Positions 1-8,078 of a DNA stretch of 16,969 nucleotides are shown here, one piece after another. This DNA is from a virus. Its lineage: Duplodnaviria > Heunggongvirae > Uroviricota > Caudoviricetes. The notes under the pieces were generated by a model. The model was not told where the DNA came from, made no database searches, and worked only from the letters and a program-made list of their open reading frames with translations. A program made the translations under genes and the position numbers. The stretch is taken from IMG/VR virus record IMGVR_UViG_2663763054_000010; one strand, 5' to 3'. Position 1 is the first letter of the stretch, and each line of letters opens with the position of its first letter.

Positions 1-81
1 CAGCCTTCAGGGAAAAATATCATCAGATGGCTGCTTAAAAAAAGAACAAATGGTAGTGTCCGCTATTGCCAGTACACCTCA
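1..81 (+). mobile_element. IS3-family (IS600-like) element, right end only, cut by window start; carries the last 11 codons of orfB (3-38, ...AFREKYHQMAA, stop 36-38)
   Basis: 1-77 is the reverse complement of 12692-12770; element ends ...CCTCA at 81 (IS3-family TG...CA terminus). Confidence 0.75.
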
Positions 82-280
82 TCCATCACCGAAAAAAATT
101 GGCTTTTACACCATTGGCGATAAAAGCATTTACCTGTATGACCTACGCCGCATGGATGAAATCATGGAGGCTCTTGATAATCGTTCGTCGATGGATTGGT
201 GTGTTGCTGTTCATGATATGAATGCAGGGTTTGATGAAAAGATTTTGTTCCCCTCATCAGTTGAAAGCACTGCGGGTTAA
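50..280 (+). CDS. hypothetical protein; start uncertain because the ORF begins inside the IS end, so possibly 5'-truncated by the IS
   Basis: 76-aa ORF in track; ends just before the SD of the next ORF. Confidence 0.25.
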   Translation: MVVSAIASTPHPSPKKIGFYTIGDKSIYLYDLRRMDEIMEALDNRSSMDWCVAVHDMNAGFDEKILFPSSVESTAG

Positions 281-290
281 GGAGTAACAC

Positions 291-458
291 ATGACCACTA
301 TTACCAAAGAACGTATTGAATTGTTCATTAAAAACCCGCTTGAAAACGGGCTTACCCGTGGTGAACAAATGGAACTGGCACGGATTGCGCTGGCATCGCT
401 GGAAGCAGAGCCGGTTGTGTTCTGGTTTGAAAAATATCAAGAAGGGGCTACGGCATGA
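291..458 (+). CDS. small hypothetical prophage protein (55 aa, [12 protein letters not shown]...)
   Basis: AAGGAG 7 nt upstream of ATG 291; stop overlaps next start (ATGA at 455-458); below the ORF-track length cutoff. Confidence 0.45.
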   Translation: MTTITKERIELFIKNPLENGLTRGEQMELARIALASLEAEPVVFWFEKYQEGATA

Positions 459-799
459 CGACTTTTACCAGAGAGCAGTTAATAGCTCACGCAGAGGAGA
501 CTATTGAAGCACAGAGACTGTGCATACCGGGCACAATCGACCATGACATCATCCGCACATATAAGATGGATATTGCTGTTCTGGAAATCGCACTGGTATC
601 GCTGGCAGCAGAGCCAGCCGGTAAATTGCATGAATACAAACCAGTGGGATATCAGCGTCTGGTCGATGAGTTAACCATGCTGGTAAAGCAGTTAACCTGG
701 CAACTGAGGAAAGCGAAGCCAGACTGCAAATTACCGGATAAGGCGATGAGTTATCTGGAGCGGAACGGACTGATAAGCGTGGAGGATATTTTACGATGA
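455..799 (+). CDS. hypothetical prophage protein (114 aa)
   Basis: ATG start, translationally coupled on both sides (ATGA overlaps); N-terminus [13 protein letters not shown] resembles ORF 5473-5715. Confidence 0.55.
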   Translation: MTTFTREQLIAHAEETIEAQRLCIPGTIDHDIIRTYKMDIAVLEIALVSLAAEPAGKLHEYKPVGYQRLVDELTMLVKQLTWQLRKAKPDCKLPDKAMSYLERNGLISVEDILR

Positions 800-879
800 C
801 CTGGCCTGAAGCATTAACAACGGTAGGAATTGCGATGGCGGTGGCGCTGGTGGTGTATTCGATTTGCCGCTGGGGATAA
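796..879 (+). CDS. small hydrophobic peptide (27 aa, [27 protein letters not shown])
   Basis: ATGA overlap with upstream stop; single predicted TM-like stretch. Confidence 0.3.
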   Translation: MTWPEALTTVGIAMAVALVVYSICRWG

Positions 880-1090
880 AAACGGTTTGCGGGAAAAGGA
901 GAGTTAAGTAGAATTGCAGCGGGTGCTTGAGGCTATCTGTCTCAGGCATGAACACCAAAAGGCAGATAGAGAAAAGCCCCAGTTAACATTACGCGTCCGG
1001 CAAGACGCTTAACATTAATCTGAGGCTCAATCTATGAACGGCAAATCTAGGTTAGCCTCTTACGTGCCGAAAGGCAAGGAGAAGCAGGCT

Positions 1091-1246
1091 ATGAAGCAGC
1101 AAAAGGCGATGTTAATCGCCCTGATCGTCATCTGTTTAACCGTCATAGTGACGGCACTGGTAACGAGGAAAGACCTCTGCGAGGTACGAATTCGAACCGG
1201 CCAGACGGAGGTCGCTGTCTTCACAGCTTACGAACCTGAGGAGTAA
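1091..1246 (+). CDS. hokD: Hok/Gef-family type I toxin (51 aa), HokD/RelF-like
   Basis: MKQQKAMLIALIVICLTVIVTALVTRKDLCEVRIRTGQTEVAVFTAYEPEE matches Hok family architecture (TM helix + conserved C..R..G..EV.AF..YE); internal ATG of track ORF 1034-1246. Confidence 0.8.
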   Translation: MKQQKAMLIALIVICLTVIVTALVTRKDLCEVRIRTGQTEVAVFTAYEPEE

Positions 1247-1316
1247 GAGACCAGGCGGGGGAGAAATCCCTCGCCACCTCTGATGGGTCAGGCATCCTCA
1301 ATGCACCCACACTTAA

Positions 1317-1340
1317 CCCGCTTCGGCGGGTTTTTGTTTT
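1317..1340 (+). terminator. rho-independent terminator after hok (stem CCGC-UUCG-GCGG + T-tract)
   Basis: GC stem with UUCG tetraloop followed by TTTTTGTTTTT. Confidence 0.5.
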
Positions 1341-1466
1341 TATTTTCAACGCGTTTGAAGTTTTAGATGGTGCCGGAATAGAATCAAAAATACTTAAGTA
1401 GCGCGCAGGGAGAAGAGGGATGGACCCCGAACAGGGGAGTGCTATTTATCTGGAAGGATTCTGTTG

Positions 1467-1748
1467 ATGAAAATCGAAGAATTACGTGAAATTTTTAGTG
1501 AAGATGGCCTCTATACTGTGCGCGTTGAGAATGGCGCTATTGTCAGCCACTGCCTTCCAGACTACACAATTCTGATAATTCAGCCGTCTTTGCCAGCAGG
1601 CACGGGCGGCGCTCTCACGCATTTAAATCTGATTGGTACCAGCATCCCCCATGCACTGAAGAACAGGCCGAATGGCTCATTCAGTGTTACCGCAGGCGCG
1701 GATGCGAGGTTAAAAAAGCCCTTAGCCTCGACTACCGTCACTGGATAA
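1467..1748 (+). CDS. small prophage protein (93 aa); by position possibly Rem-like (recollection of Qin order hokD-rem-ydfU, not verified)
   Basis: ORF with ATG at 1467 (track starts at TTG 1464); identical copy at 7722-8003. Confidence 0.5.
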   Translation: MKIEELREIFSEDGLYTVRVENGAIVSHCLPDYTILIIQPSLPAGTGGALTHLNLIGTSIPHALKNRPNGSFSVTAGADARLKKPLASTTVTG

Positions 1749-1823
1749 TCTCCGTCAGGCTCCCTTACTCCGAACGGCCAACGCGTCCGTCCCGCACATT
1801 CCAGCAACGGATCTGGAGGTAAT

Positions 1824-2882
1824 GTGCGGGTATTACTTCGACCTGTTCTGGTACCGGAACTCGGTCTGGTTATCGTTAAGCCAGGCCGTGAATCAATGTC
1901 AGCATTCCATAACGGCAGAATACTGGTGGAGCCGGAACCAAAAAGCATGCGTAATCTGCCGTCCGGGGTCGTTCCTGCCGCTCGCCAGCCGCTGGTGGAA
2001 GACAAAACATTGCTGCCGTTTTTCAGTAACGCACGGGTGATTCGTGCTGCTGGTGGTGCTGGTGCATTGTCTGACTGGCTGTTGCGCCATATTAAATCCT
2101 GCCAGTGGCCACACGGCGATTATCATCACAGCGAAACCGTCATTCACCGTTATGGTACCGGCGCAATGGTGTTGTGCTGGCACTGCGACAACCAGCTGCG
2201 TGACCAGACATCCGAATCACTCGAGCAACTTGCTCATCAAAACCTGTCAGCATGGATGATTGACGTCATCGGTCACGCAATAAGCGGTACGCAGGAGCGT
2301 GAATTATCTCTGGCTGAATTATCCTGGTGGGCGGTCCGCAATCAGGTGGCGGACGCGCTACCGGAAGCGGTATTACGTCGTTCGCTGGGGTTGCGTGCGG
2401 AAAAAATTCGCTCTGTGTACAGTGAAAGCGACATCATACCGGGAGAGCAGACAGCCACCAGCATACTGAAGCAGCGCACAAAAAATATTGCGTTACTGCC
2501 TCACGTCCACCAGCAACAGAACCCACCACAGGAAAAGACGGTGGTCAGCATTGCCGTTGATCCGGAGTCACCGGCTCAGTATCTCCAGCGCCAGAAATCA
2601 CAACGGGAAGAGATGCCTGTATACACGCGCTGGGTAAAAACGCAGAAATGCATGACGTGTGGCAATCAGGCAGATGATCCGCATCACATCATTGGTCATG
2701 GACTGGGAGGGATGGGAACAAAGGCTGATGATTTGTTTGTTATTCCGTTATGCCGTAAATGCCGTAACGAACTACATGCCGGAGTAAAAGATTTTGAAGA
2801 GAAACACGGCAGTCAGCTGTTGTTGCTGATTCGTTTTTTAATGCACGCGAGAAATTCGGGTGTTCTGAAGTGGAAAGCATAA
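1824..2882 (+). CDS. YdfU-like (DUF968-type) prophage protein with C-terminal HNH-like zinc-finger nuclease motif
   Basis: GTG start 4 nt after GGAGG; C-terminus CMTCGNQADDPHHIIGHGLGG...PLCRKCRNELH (CxxC...HH...CxxC...H). Confidence 0.65.
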   Translation: MRVLLRPVLVPELGLVIVKPGRESMSAFHNGRILVEPEPKSMRNLPSGVVPAARQPLVEDKTLLPFFSNARVIRAAGGAGALSDWLLRHIKSCQWPHGDYHHSETVIHRYGTGAMVLCWHCDNQLRDQTSESLEQLAHQNLSAWMIDVIGHAISGTQERELSLAELSWWAVRNQVADALPEAVLRRSLGLRAEKIRSVYSESDIIPGEQTATSILKQRTKNIALLPHVHQQQNPPQEKTVVSIAVDPESPAQYLQRQKSQREEMPVYTRWVKTQKCMTCGNQADDPHHIIGHGLGGMGTKADDLFVIPLCRKCRNELHAGVKDFEEKHGSQLLLLIRFLMHARNSGVLKWKA

Positions 2883-3263
2883 ATGACCGAGCGCATAGAA
2901 TTTGTTTTACCTTACCCGCCGACGGTGAACACTTACTGGCGTCGTCGTGGCAGCACATATTTTGTATCAAAAGCCGGGGAGCGTTATCGCCGGGCAGTGG
3001 CGCTTATTGTTCGCCAGCAGCGGCTGAAATTAAGCCTGTCCGGAAGGTTGGCAATAAAAATTATTGCAGAACCACCGGATAAGCGCCGCCGTGACCTGGA
3101 CAATATTCTGAAAGCGCCGCTGGATGCGCTGACGCATGCGGGGTTGCTAATGGACGATGAGCAGTTTGATGAAATCAATATCGTTCGTGCTCAGCCAGTA
3201 TCTGGTGGACGTCTGGGGGTGAAGATTTATCCCATAATGCTTGAAGGGCAGGTCAAAAAATGA
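2883..3263 (+). CDS. rusA: RusA-family Holliday junction resolvase (variant a)
   Basis: ATG immediately after upstream TAA; RusA signature ...PPDKRRRDLDNILKAPLDALTHAGLLMDDEQ... Confidence 0.85.
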   Translation: MTERIEFVLPYPPTVNTYWRRRGSTYFVSKAGERYRRAVALIVRQQRLKLSLSGRLAIKIIAEPPDKRRRDLDNILKAPLDALTHAGLLMDDEQFDEINIVRAQPVSGGRLGVKIYPIMLEGQVKK

Positions 3264-4006
3264 AACTGGAAGATTTACCGAAATACTACTCCCCAAAATC
3301 CCCCGGCCTGACTGATGCATCGGCCTCAACGTCGAAAGATGCGCTGAGTATCACTGATGTGATGGCCGCGCAGGGCATGACACAGAATCGGGCTGAGATG
3401 GGGGTTTCTGCGTTCCTTGGGAAAATGGGCATTAGTATGAATGACAGAGAGCGGGCAACAGAATTGCTGACAGAATATGCACTCAGTCGGTGTGATCGCG
3501 TGGCGGCGTTAAGAAAACTCCCGGCAGAAATAAAACCGGCAGTGATGCGTATTATGGCTTCGTATGCGTTTGAAGATTATGCCCGTAGCGCGGCGAGCAA
3601 AAAACAGTGCCCCTGCTGTCACGGAAAAAAATTTATTGAAAGCGAGGTTTTTACAAACAAGATCCAGTATCCGGATGGTAAGCCGCCGGTATGGGCAAAG
3701 TGTACGAAAGGTGTGTATCCGTCTTACTGGGAAGAATGGAAAAAAGTCAGGGAGGTGGTAAAAGTTGCCTGTCCGGAGTGTGGCGGAAAGGGTGAGGTTT
3801 CCACCGCCTGTAAGGATTGCCGTGGGCGTGGTGTCGCCATTCATCGTGAAGAGTCGGTAAAACGTGGTATGCCTGTTATCAGAGACTGCCAGCGTTGTGG
3901 TGGTCGTGGCTATGAAAGACTACCATCAACGGAGGCATTTAATGCTATATGCGAGGTGACAAACCAGATAACACGCGCGTCATGGGAAAAAACAGTTAAG
4001 AAATTA
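3260..4006 (+). pseudogene. Q-like late antiterminator (variant a), 3' end replaced by IS2 after codon ~249; track ORF 3260-4093 has an IS-derived tail
   Basis: Identical to 9515-10261 then diverges at the IS2 terminus TGGATTTGCCCC (4007). Confidence 0.7.
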
Positions 4007-4017
4007 TGGATTTGCCC

Positions 4018-4923
4018 CTATATTTCCAGACATCTGTTATCACTTAACCCATTACAAGCCCGCTGCCGCAGATATTCCCGTGGCGAGCGATAACCCAGCG
4101 CACTATGCGGATGCCATTCGTTATAATGCTCGAACGCCTCTGCAAGGTTCTTTGCTGCCGTTAACCCGTCTGGTTTGGGCATGATACTGATGTAGTCACG
4201 CTTTATCGTTTTCACGAAGCTCTCTGCTATTCCGTTACTCTCCGGACTCCGCACCGCCGTGTTCTTCGGTTCAAGTCCCAACATCCGGGCGAACTGGCGT
4301 GTTTCATTAGCCCGGTAGCATGAACCATTATCCGTCAGCCACTCCACTGGAGACGACGGAAGATCGTTGCCGAAGCGGCGTTCCACCGCTCCCAGCATGA
4401 CGTCCTGTACTGTTTCACTGTTGAAGCCGCCGGTAGTCACCGCCCAGTGCAGTGCCTCACGATCACAGCAGTCCAGCGCGAACGTGACACGCAGTCTCTC
4501 TCCGTTATCACAGCAGAACTCGAACCCGTCAGAGCACCATCGCTGATTGCTTTCTTTCACGGCCACTCTGCCTGTATGTGCCCGTTTCGATGGCGGTACA
4601 GCAGGTTTTCGCTCAAGCAACAGCGCATTCTGGCGCATGATCCGGTAAACACGTTTGGCATTGATCGCAGGCATACCATCAAGTTCTGCCTGTCTGCGAA
4701 GCAGCGCCCATACCCGACGATAACCATACGTGGGCAGCTCTCCGATAACATGGTGTATACGGAGAAGCACATCCGTATCATCAGTGTGACGACTGCGGCG
4801 GCCATCCATCCAGTCATCGGTTCGTCTGAGAATGACGTGCAACTGCGCACGCGACACCCGGAGACAACGGCTGACTAAGCTTACTCCCCATCCCCGGGCA
4901 ATAAGGGCGCGTGCGCTATCCAC
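4018..4923 (-). CDS. insD: IS2 transposase OrfB (InsD), 301 aa
   Basis: Protein [34 protein letters not shown]... matches recalled IS2 InsD. Confidence 0.9.
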
Positions 4924-5246
4924 TTTTTTGCCCGTCCATATTCAACGGCTTCTTTGAGGAGTTCATTTTCCATCGTTTTCTTGCCGAGCAGGCGCTGGAG
5001 TTCTTTAATCTGCTTCATGGCGGCAGCAAGTTCAGAGGCAGGAACAACCTGTTCTCCGGCGGCGACAGCAGTAAGACTTCCTTCCTGGTATTGCTTACGC
5101 CAGAGAAATAACTGGCTGGCTGCTACACCATGTTGCCGGGCAACGAGGGAGACCGTCATCCCCGGTTCAAAGCTCTGCTGAACAATTGCGATCTTTTCCT
5201 GTGTGGTACGCCGTCTGCGTTTCTCCGGCCCTAAGACATCAATCAT
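4881..5246 (-). CDS. insC: IS2 OrfA (InsC), 121 aa
   Basis: [24 protein letters not shown]... from internal ATG of track ORF 4881-5291. Confidence 0.85.
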
Positions 5247-5472
5247 CTGTACTCCAATGACTAGTCTAAAAACTAGTATTAAGACTATCACTTATTTAAG
5301 TGATACTGGTTGTCTGGAGATTCAGGGGGCCAGTCTACGGACATTTTCTGCCTGTGGACCAGGAAAGTGCACGGGTGCTTTCCACTCCCATGAAGCCCGG
5401 CAATCCGCGCAGATACAGTAATAAACGAACTGACAGCAGTAAGATGGAGCGTTTCTTTTGAACAACCAGACA

Positions 5473-5715
5473 ATGACTTTTACCTCTGAACAATTGCGTA
5501 AACACGCGCAGGAAATGCTGCGTCATGCTGAACAACTCGAAAAAACGGGCATAACAAAAGACGCTATCCGTAAAGATATGGTACCCGCGCTTCGGGAACT
5601 GATGCAGGCGAAGCATCGCGCACAGAAAGCAGTAGATGAGCTGGTGGACTGTGTGGCAGAGCTGGAAACCAGAGTCGGAAAGTTTGAAAAACTGGTGCAG
5701 GAGGTGCTGCGCTGA
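5473..5715 (+). CDS. hypothetical prophage protein (~80 aa, MTFTSEQLRKHAQEM...)
   Basis: ATG at 5473 (track begins at TTG 5458); stop overlaps rusA start; paralog-like N-terminus shared with 455-799. Confidence 0.5.
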   Translation: MTFTSEQLRKHAQEMLRHAEQLEKTGITKDAIRKDMVPALRELMQAKHRAQKAVDELVDCVAELETRVGKFEKLVQEVLR

Positions 5716-6089
5716 TGCGCCATGAGTTTATTTTACCTTATCCGCCGACGGTGAATACTTACTGGCGACGTCGTGACAACACATATTTTGTATCAAAAGC
5801 CGGTGAGCGTTATCGCCGGGATGTGGCGCTTATTGTCCGTCAGCAGCGACTGAAATTAAGCCTGTCCGGAAGACTGGCGATAAAGATTATTGCAGAGCCA
5901 CCGGATAAGCGCCGTCGTGACCTGGACAATATCCTGAAAGCACCACTGGATGCACTGACACATGCGGGAGTGTTAATGGACGATGAGCAGTTTGATGAAA
6001 TCAATATCGTTCGTGCTCAGCCAGTATCTGGTGGACGTCTGGGGGTGAAGATTTACCCCATAATGCATGAAGAGCAGGTCAAAAAATGA
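5715..6089 (+). CDS. rusA: RusA-family Holliday junction resolvase (variant b)
   Basis: 124 aa, same signature as 2883-3263 but divergent N-terminus (MRHEFILPYPP). Confidence 0.85.
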   Translation: MRHEFILPYPPTVNTYWRRRDNTYFVSKAGERYRRDVALIVRQQRLKLSLSGRLAIKIIAEPPDKRRRDLDNILKAPLDALTHAGVLMDDEQFDEINIVRAQPVSGGRLGVKIYPIMHEEQVKK

Positions 6090-6907
6090 AACTGGAAGAT
6101 TTACCGAAATACTACTCCCCAAAATCCCCTTGCCTGACCGATGCATCGGCCTCAACGTCAAAAGATGCGCTGAGTATCACTGATGTGATGGCCGCGCAGG
6201 GCATGACACAGAATCGGGCTGAGATGGGGTTTTCTGCGTTCCTGGGGAAAATGGGCATCAGTATGAATGACAGGGCGCGGGCAACAGAATTACTGGCAGA
6301 TTATGCACTCAGTCGGTGCGATCGTGTGGCGGCGTTGAGAAAACTTCCGGCAGAAATAAAACCGGTAGTGATGCGCATTATGGCTTCGTACGCTTTTGAG
6401 GATTATGCCCGCAGCGCAGCGAGTAAAAAGCAGTGCCCTTGTTGCTATGGGGAAAAATTTATTGAAAGCGTAGTTTTTACAAACAAGGTCCAGTATCCGG
6501 ATGGTAAGCCGCCGGTATGGGCAAAGTGTACGAAAGGTGTGTATCCGTCTTACTGGGAAGAATGGAAAAAAGTCAGGGAGGTGGTAAAAGTTGCCTGTCC
6601 GGAGTGTGGCGGAAAGGGTGAGGTTTCCACCGCCTGTAAGGATTGCCGTGGGCGTGGTGTCGCCATTCATCGTGAAGAGTCGGTAAAACGTGGTATGCCT
6701 GTTATCAGAGACTGCCAGCGTTGTGGTGGTCGTGGCTATGAAAGACTACCATCAACGGAGGCATTTAATGCTATATGCGAGGTGACAAACCAGATAACAC
6801 GCGCGTCATGGGAAAAAACAGTTAAGAAATTTTATGATGCGCTGGTGACCCGGTTTGATATTGAAGAAGCATGGGCTGAGCGGCAGTTAAAAAAGGTAAC
6901 TAGGTAA
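6086..6907 (+). CDS. Q-like late antiterminator (variant b), 273 aa with CxxC zinc-finger repeats
   Basis: ATGA overlap with rusA; CPCC..CPECGGKG..CKDCRGRG..CQRCGGRG motifs; followed by promoter + short terminator (PR'/tR' layout). Confidence 0.65.
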   Translation: MKLEDLPKYYSPKSPCLTDASASTSKDALSITDVMAAQGMTQNRAEMGFSAFLGKMGISMNDRARATELLADYALSRCDRVAALRKLPAEIKPVVMRIMASYAFEDYARSAASKKQCPCCYGEKFIESVVFTNKVQYPDGKPPVWAKCTKGVYPSYWEEWKKVREVVKVACPECGGKGEVSTACKDCRGRGVAIHREESVKRGMPVIRDCQRCGGRGYERLPSTEAFNAICEVTNQITRASWEKTVKKFYDALVTRFDIEEAWAERQLKKVTR

Positions 6908-6912
6908 CAAGG

Positions 6913-6940
6913 TTGATTTTTCCGGAATCTGTGGTAAATT
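6913..6940 (+). promoter_or_regulatory. candidate late promoter PR' (TTGATT-16 nt-TAAATT) just downstream of Q
   Basis: sigma70-like hexamers; position matches lambdoid Q/qut/PR' organisation; copies at 10342-10369 and 14901-14928. Confidence 0.35.
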
Positions 6941-6989
6941 CGTCATAACGATGGGCGTTTTATGCCTGACGTTAGAAGAGTTTCTACAA

Positions 6990-7012
6990 CCCGCCGCCGA
7001 GCGGGTTTTTTA
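6990..7012 (+). terminator. tR'-like rho-independent terminator (CCCGC-loop-GCGGG + T6)
   Basis: GC-rich hairpin plus TTTTTT about 45-60 nt downstream of the candidate PR'. Confidence 0.6.
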
Positions 7013-7131
7013 TGACTGAAATCGCGTCAGTACAGTAAACGCGCTGGTGGCGGTGAATACCTGTCTTTCAGCTTGCTGGCTTTTTCGACAAGAGTTATTG
7101 GTGTGTCACGTTAACCGGAAAAGGAAAAGAC

Positions 7132-7329
7132 ATGCTAAAACAGCAGGATATGACAGAAACCGCCAGAGTGGTGTTTAATGAATTAAGCGTTACCGAACCG
7201 GCGACAGTCGGGGAGATAGCGCAGAATACTTACCTTTCACGCGAACGCTGCCAGTTAATACTGACCCAGCTGGTTATGGCGGGTCTGGCAGACTATCAGT
7301 TCGGTTGTTACAGACGCCTTCCGCAGTGA
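7132..7329 (+). CDS. small protein (65 aa), possibly helix-turn-helix-like (weak guess)
   Basis: AAAGGAAAAG RBS before ATG; stop inside terminator hairpin; identical copy at 10561-10758. Confidence 0.45.
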   Translation: MLKQQDMTETARVVFNELSVTEPATVGEIAQNTYLSRERCQLILTQLVMAGLADYQFGCYRRLPQ

Positions 7330-7340
7330 AGGCTTTTTTA
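7316..7340 (+). terminator. rho-independent terminator (GCCTTC-loop-GAAGGC + T6)
   Basis: Perfect 6-bp stem followed by TTTTTT; copy at 10745-10769. Confidence 0.55.
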
Positions 7341-7479
7341 TTTGTGGTAAATGGGCGGCTGGTGGGTGTTAGGGGCACCCACCAGCCATCTGCTCATGCG
7401 TTGGGTTCACAAGCAAACCTCAGGCCCACTGCTTTGCGCAAAAGCAGAATGAGCCTATCAGAGACAGGCTTAATGATCC

Positions 7480-7585
7480 ATGCTTAATACTGTAAAAATA
7501 TCCAGTTGTGAGTTAATCAACGCCGACTGCCTGGAATTTATCCGGTCGTTACCCGAAAATTCTGTTGACCTGATAGTCACGGACC
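7480..7585 (+). pseudogene. 5' fragment (first 35 codons) of the DPPY DNA methyltransferase, cut at a duplication junction
   Basis: Identical to 10909-11014 then switches at 7586 to sequence identical to 1332 onward. Confidence 0.75.
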
Positions 7586-7721
7586 ATTTTGTTTTTATTT
7601 TCAACGCGTTTGAAGTTTTAGATGGTGCCGGAATAGAATCAAAAATACTTAAGTAGCGCGCAGGGAGAAGAGGGATGGACCCCGAACAGGGGAGTGCTAT
7701 TTATCTGGAAGGATTCTGTTG

Positions 7722-8003
7722 ATGAAAATCGAAGAATTACGTGAAATTTTTAGTGAAGATGGCCTCTATACTGTGCGCGTTGAGAATGGCGCTATTGTCA
7801 GCCACTGCCTTCCAGACTACACAATTCTGATAATTCAGCCGTCTTTGCCAGCAGGCACGGGCGGCGCTCTCACGCATTTAAATCTGATTGGTACCAGCAT
7901 CCCCCATGCACTGAAGAACAGGCCGAATGGCTCATTCAGTGTTACCGCAGGCGCGGATGCGAGGTTAAAAAAGCCCTTAGCCTCGACTACCGTCACTGGA
8001 TAA
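7722..8003 (+). CDS. small prophage protein, copy of 1467-1748
   Basis: Identical protein. Confidence 0.5.
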   Translation: MKIEELREIFSEDGLYTVRVENGAIVSHCLPDYTILIIQPSLPAGTGGALTHLNLIGTSIPHALKNRPNGSFSVTAGADARLKKPLASTTVTG

Positions 8004-8078
8004 TCTCCGTCAGGCTCCCTTACTCCGAACGGCCAACGCGTCCGTCCCGCACATTCCAGCAACGGATCTGGAGGTAAT

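Larger units (their letters stand above)
4007..5337 (-). mobile_element. IS2 insertion sequence, complete (~1331 bp)
   Basis: Termini TGGATTTGCCCCTATATTTCCAGACATCTGTTATCACTTAACCC (4007-) and ...GGGGGCCAGTCTA (5337); encodes InsC and InsD. Confidence 0.9.

Noticed and set aside
880-1033. relBE toxin-antitoxin upstream of hokD, as in the K-12 Qin prophage
   Set aside because: No ORFs resembling RelB or RelE; upstream genes are unrelated small ORFs.
1034-1090. The full 70-aa ORF 1034-1246 as the hok gene product
   Set aside because: Hok toxins are about 50 aa; the internal ATG at 1091 gives the canonical 51-aa protein. The upstream extension may be a leader, but I could not confirm it.
3509-3844. 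Minus-strand ORFs inside the Q and rusA genes (3509-3844, 2984-3178, 6290-6670, 9764-10099, 14286-14666 and similar)
   Set aside because: They lie antisense within well-supported genes and recur only because the genes are repeated; shadow ORFs.
4447-4878. Plus-strand ORFs inside IS2 (4447-4878, 4911-5111, 4954-5181)
   Set aside because: Antisense to insC/insD within a well-known IS; not known IS2 genes.
7305-7487. 60-aa ORF 7305-7487 (copy at 10734-10916)
   Set aside because: It spans a terminator and a 12-bp hairpin, has no RBS, and ends in the methyltransferase start region; probably spurious.
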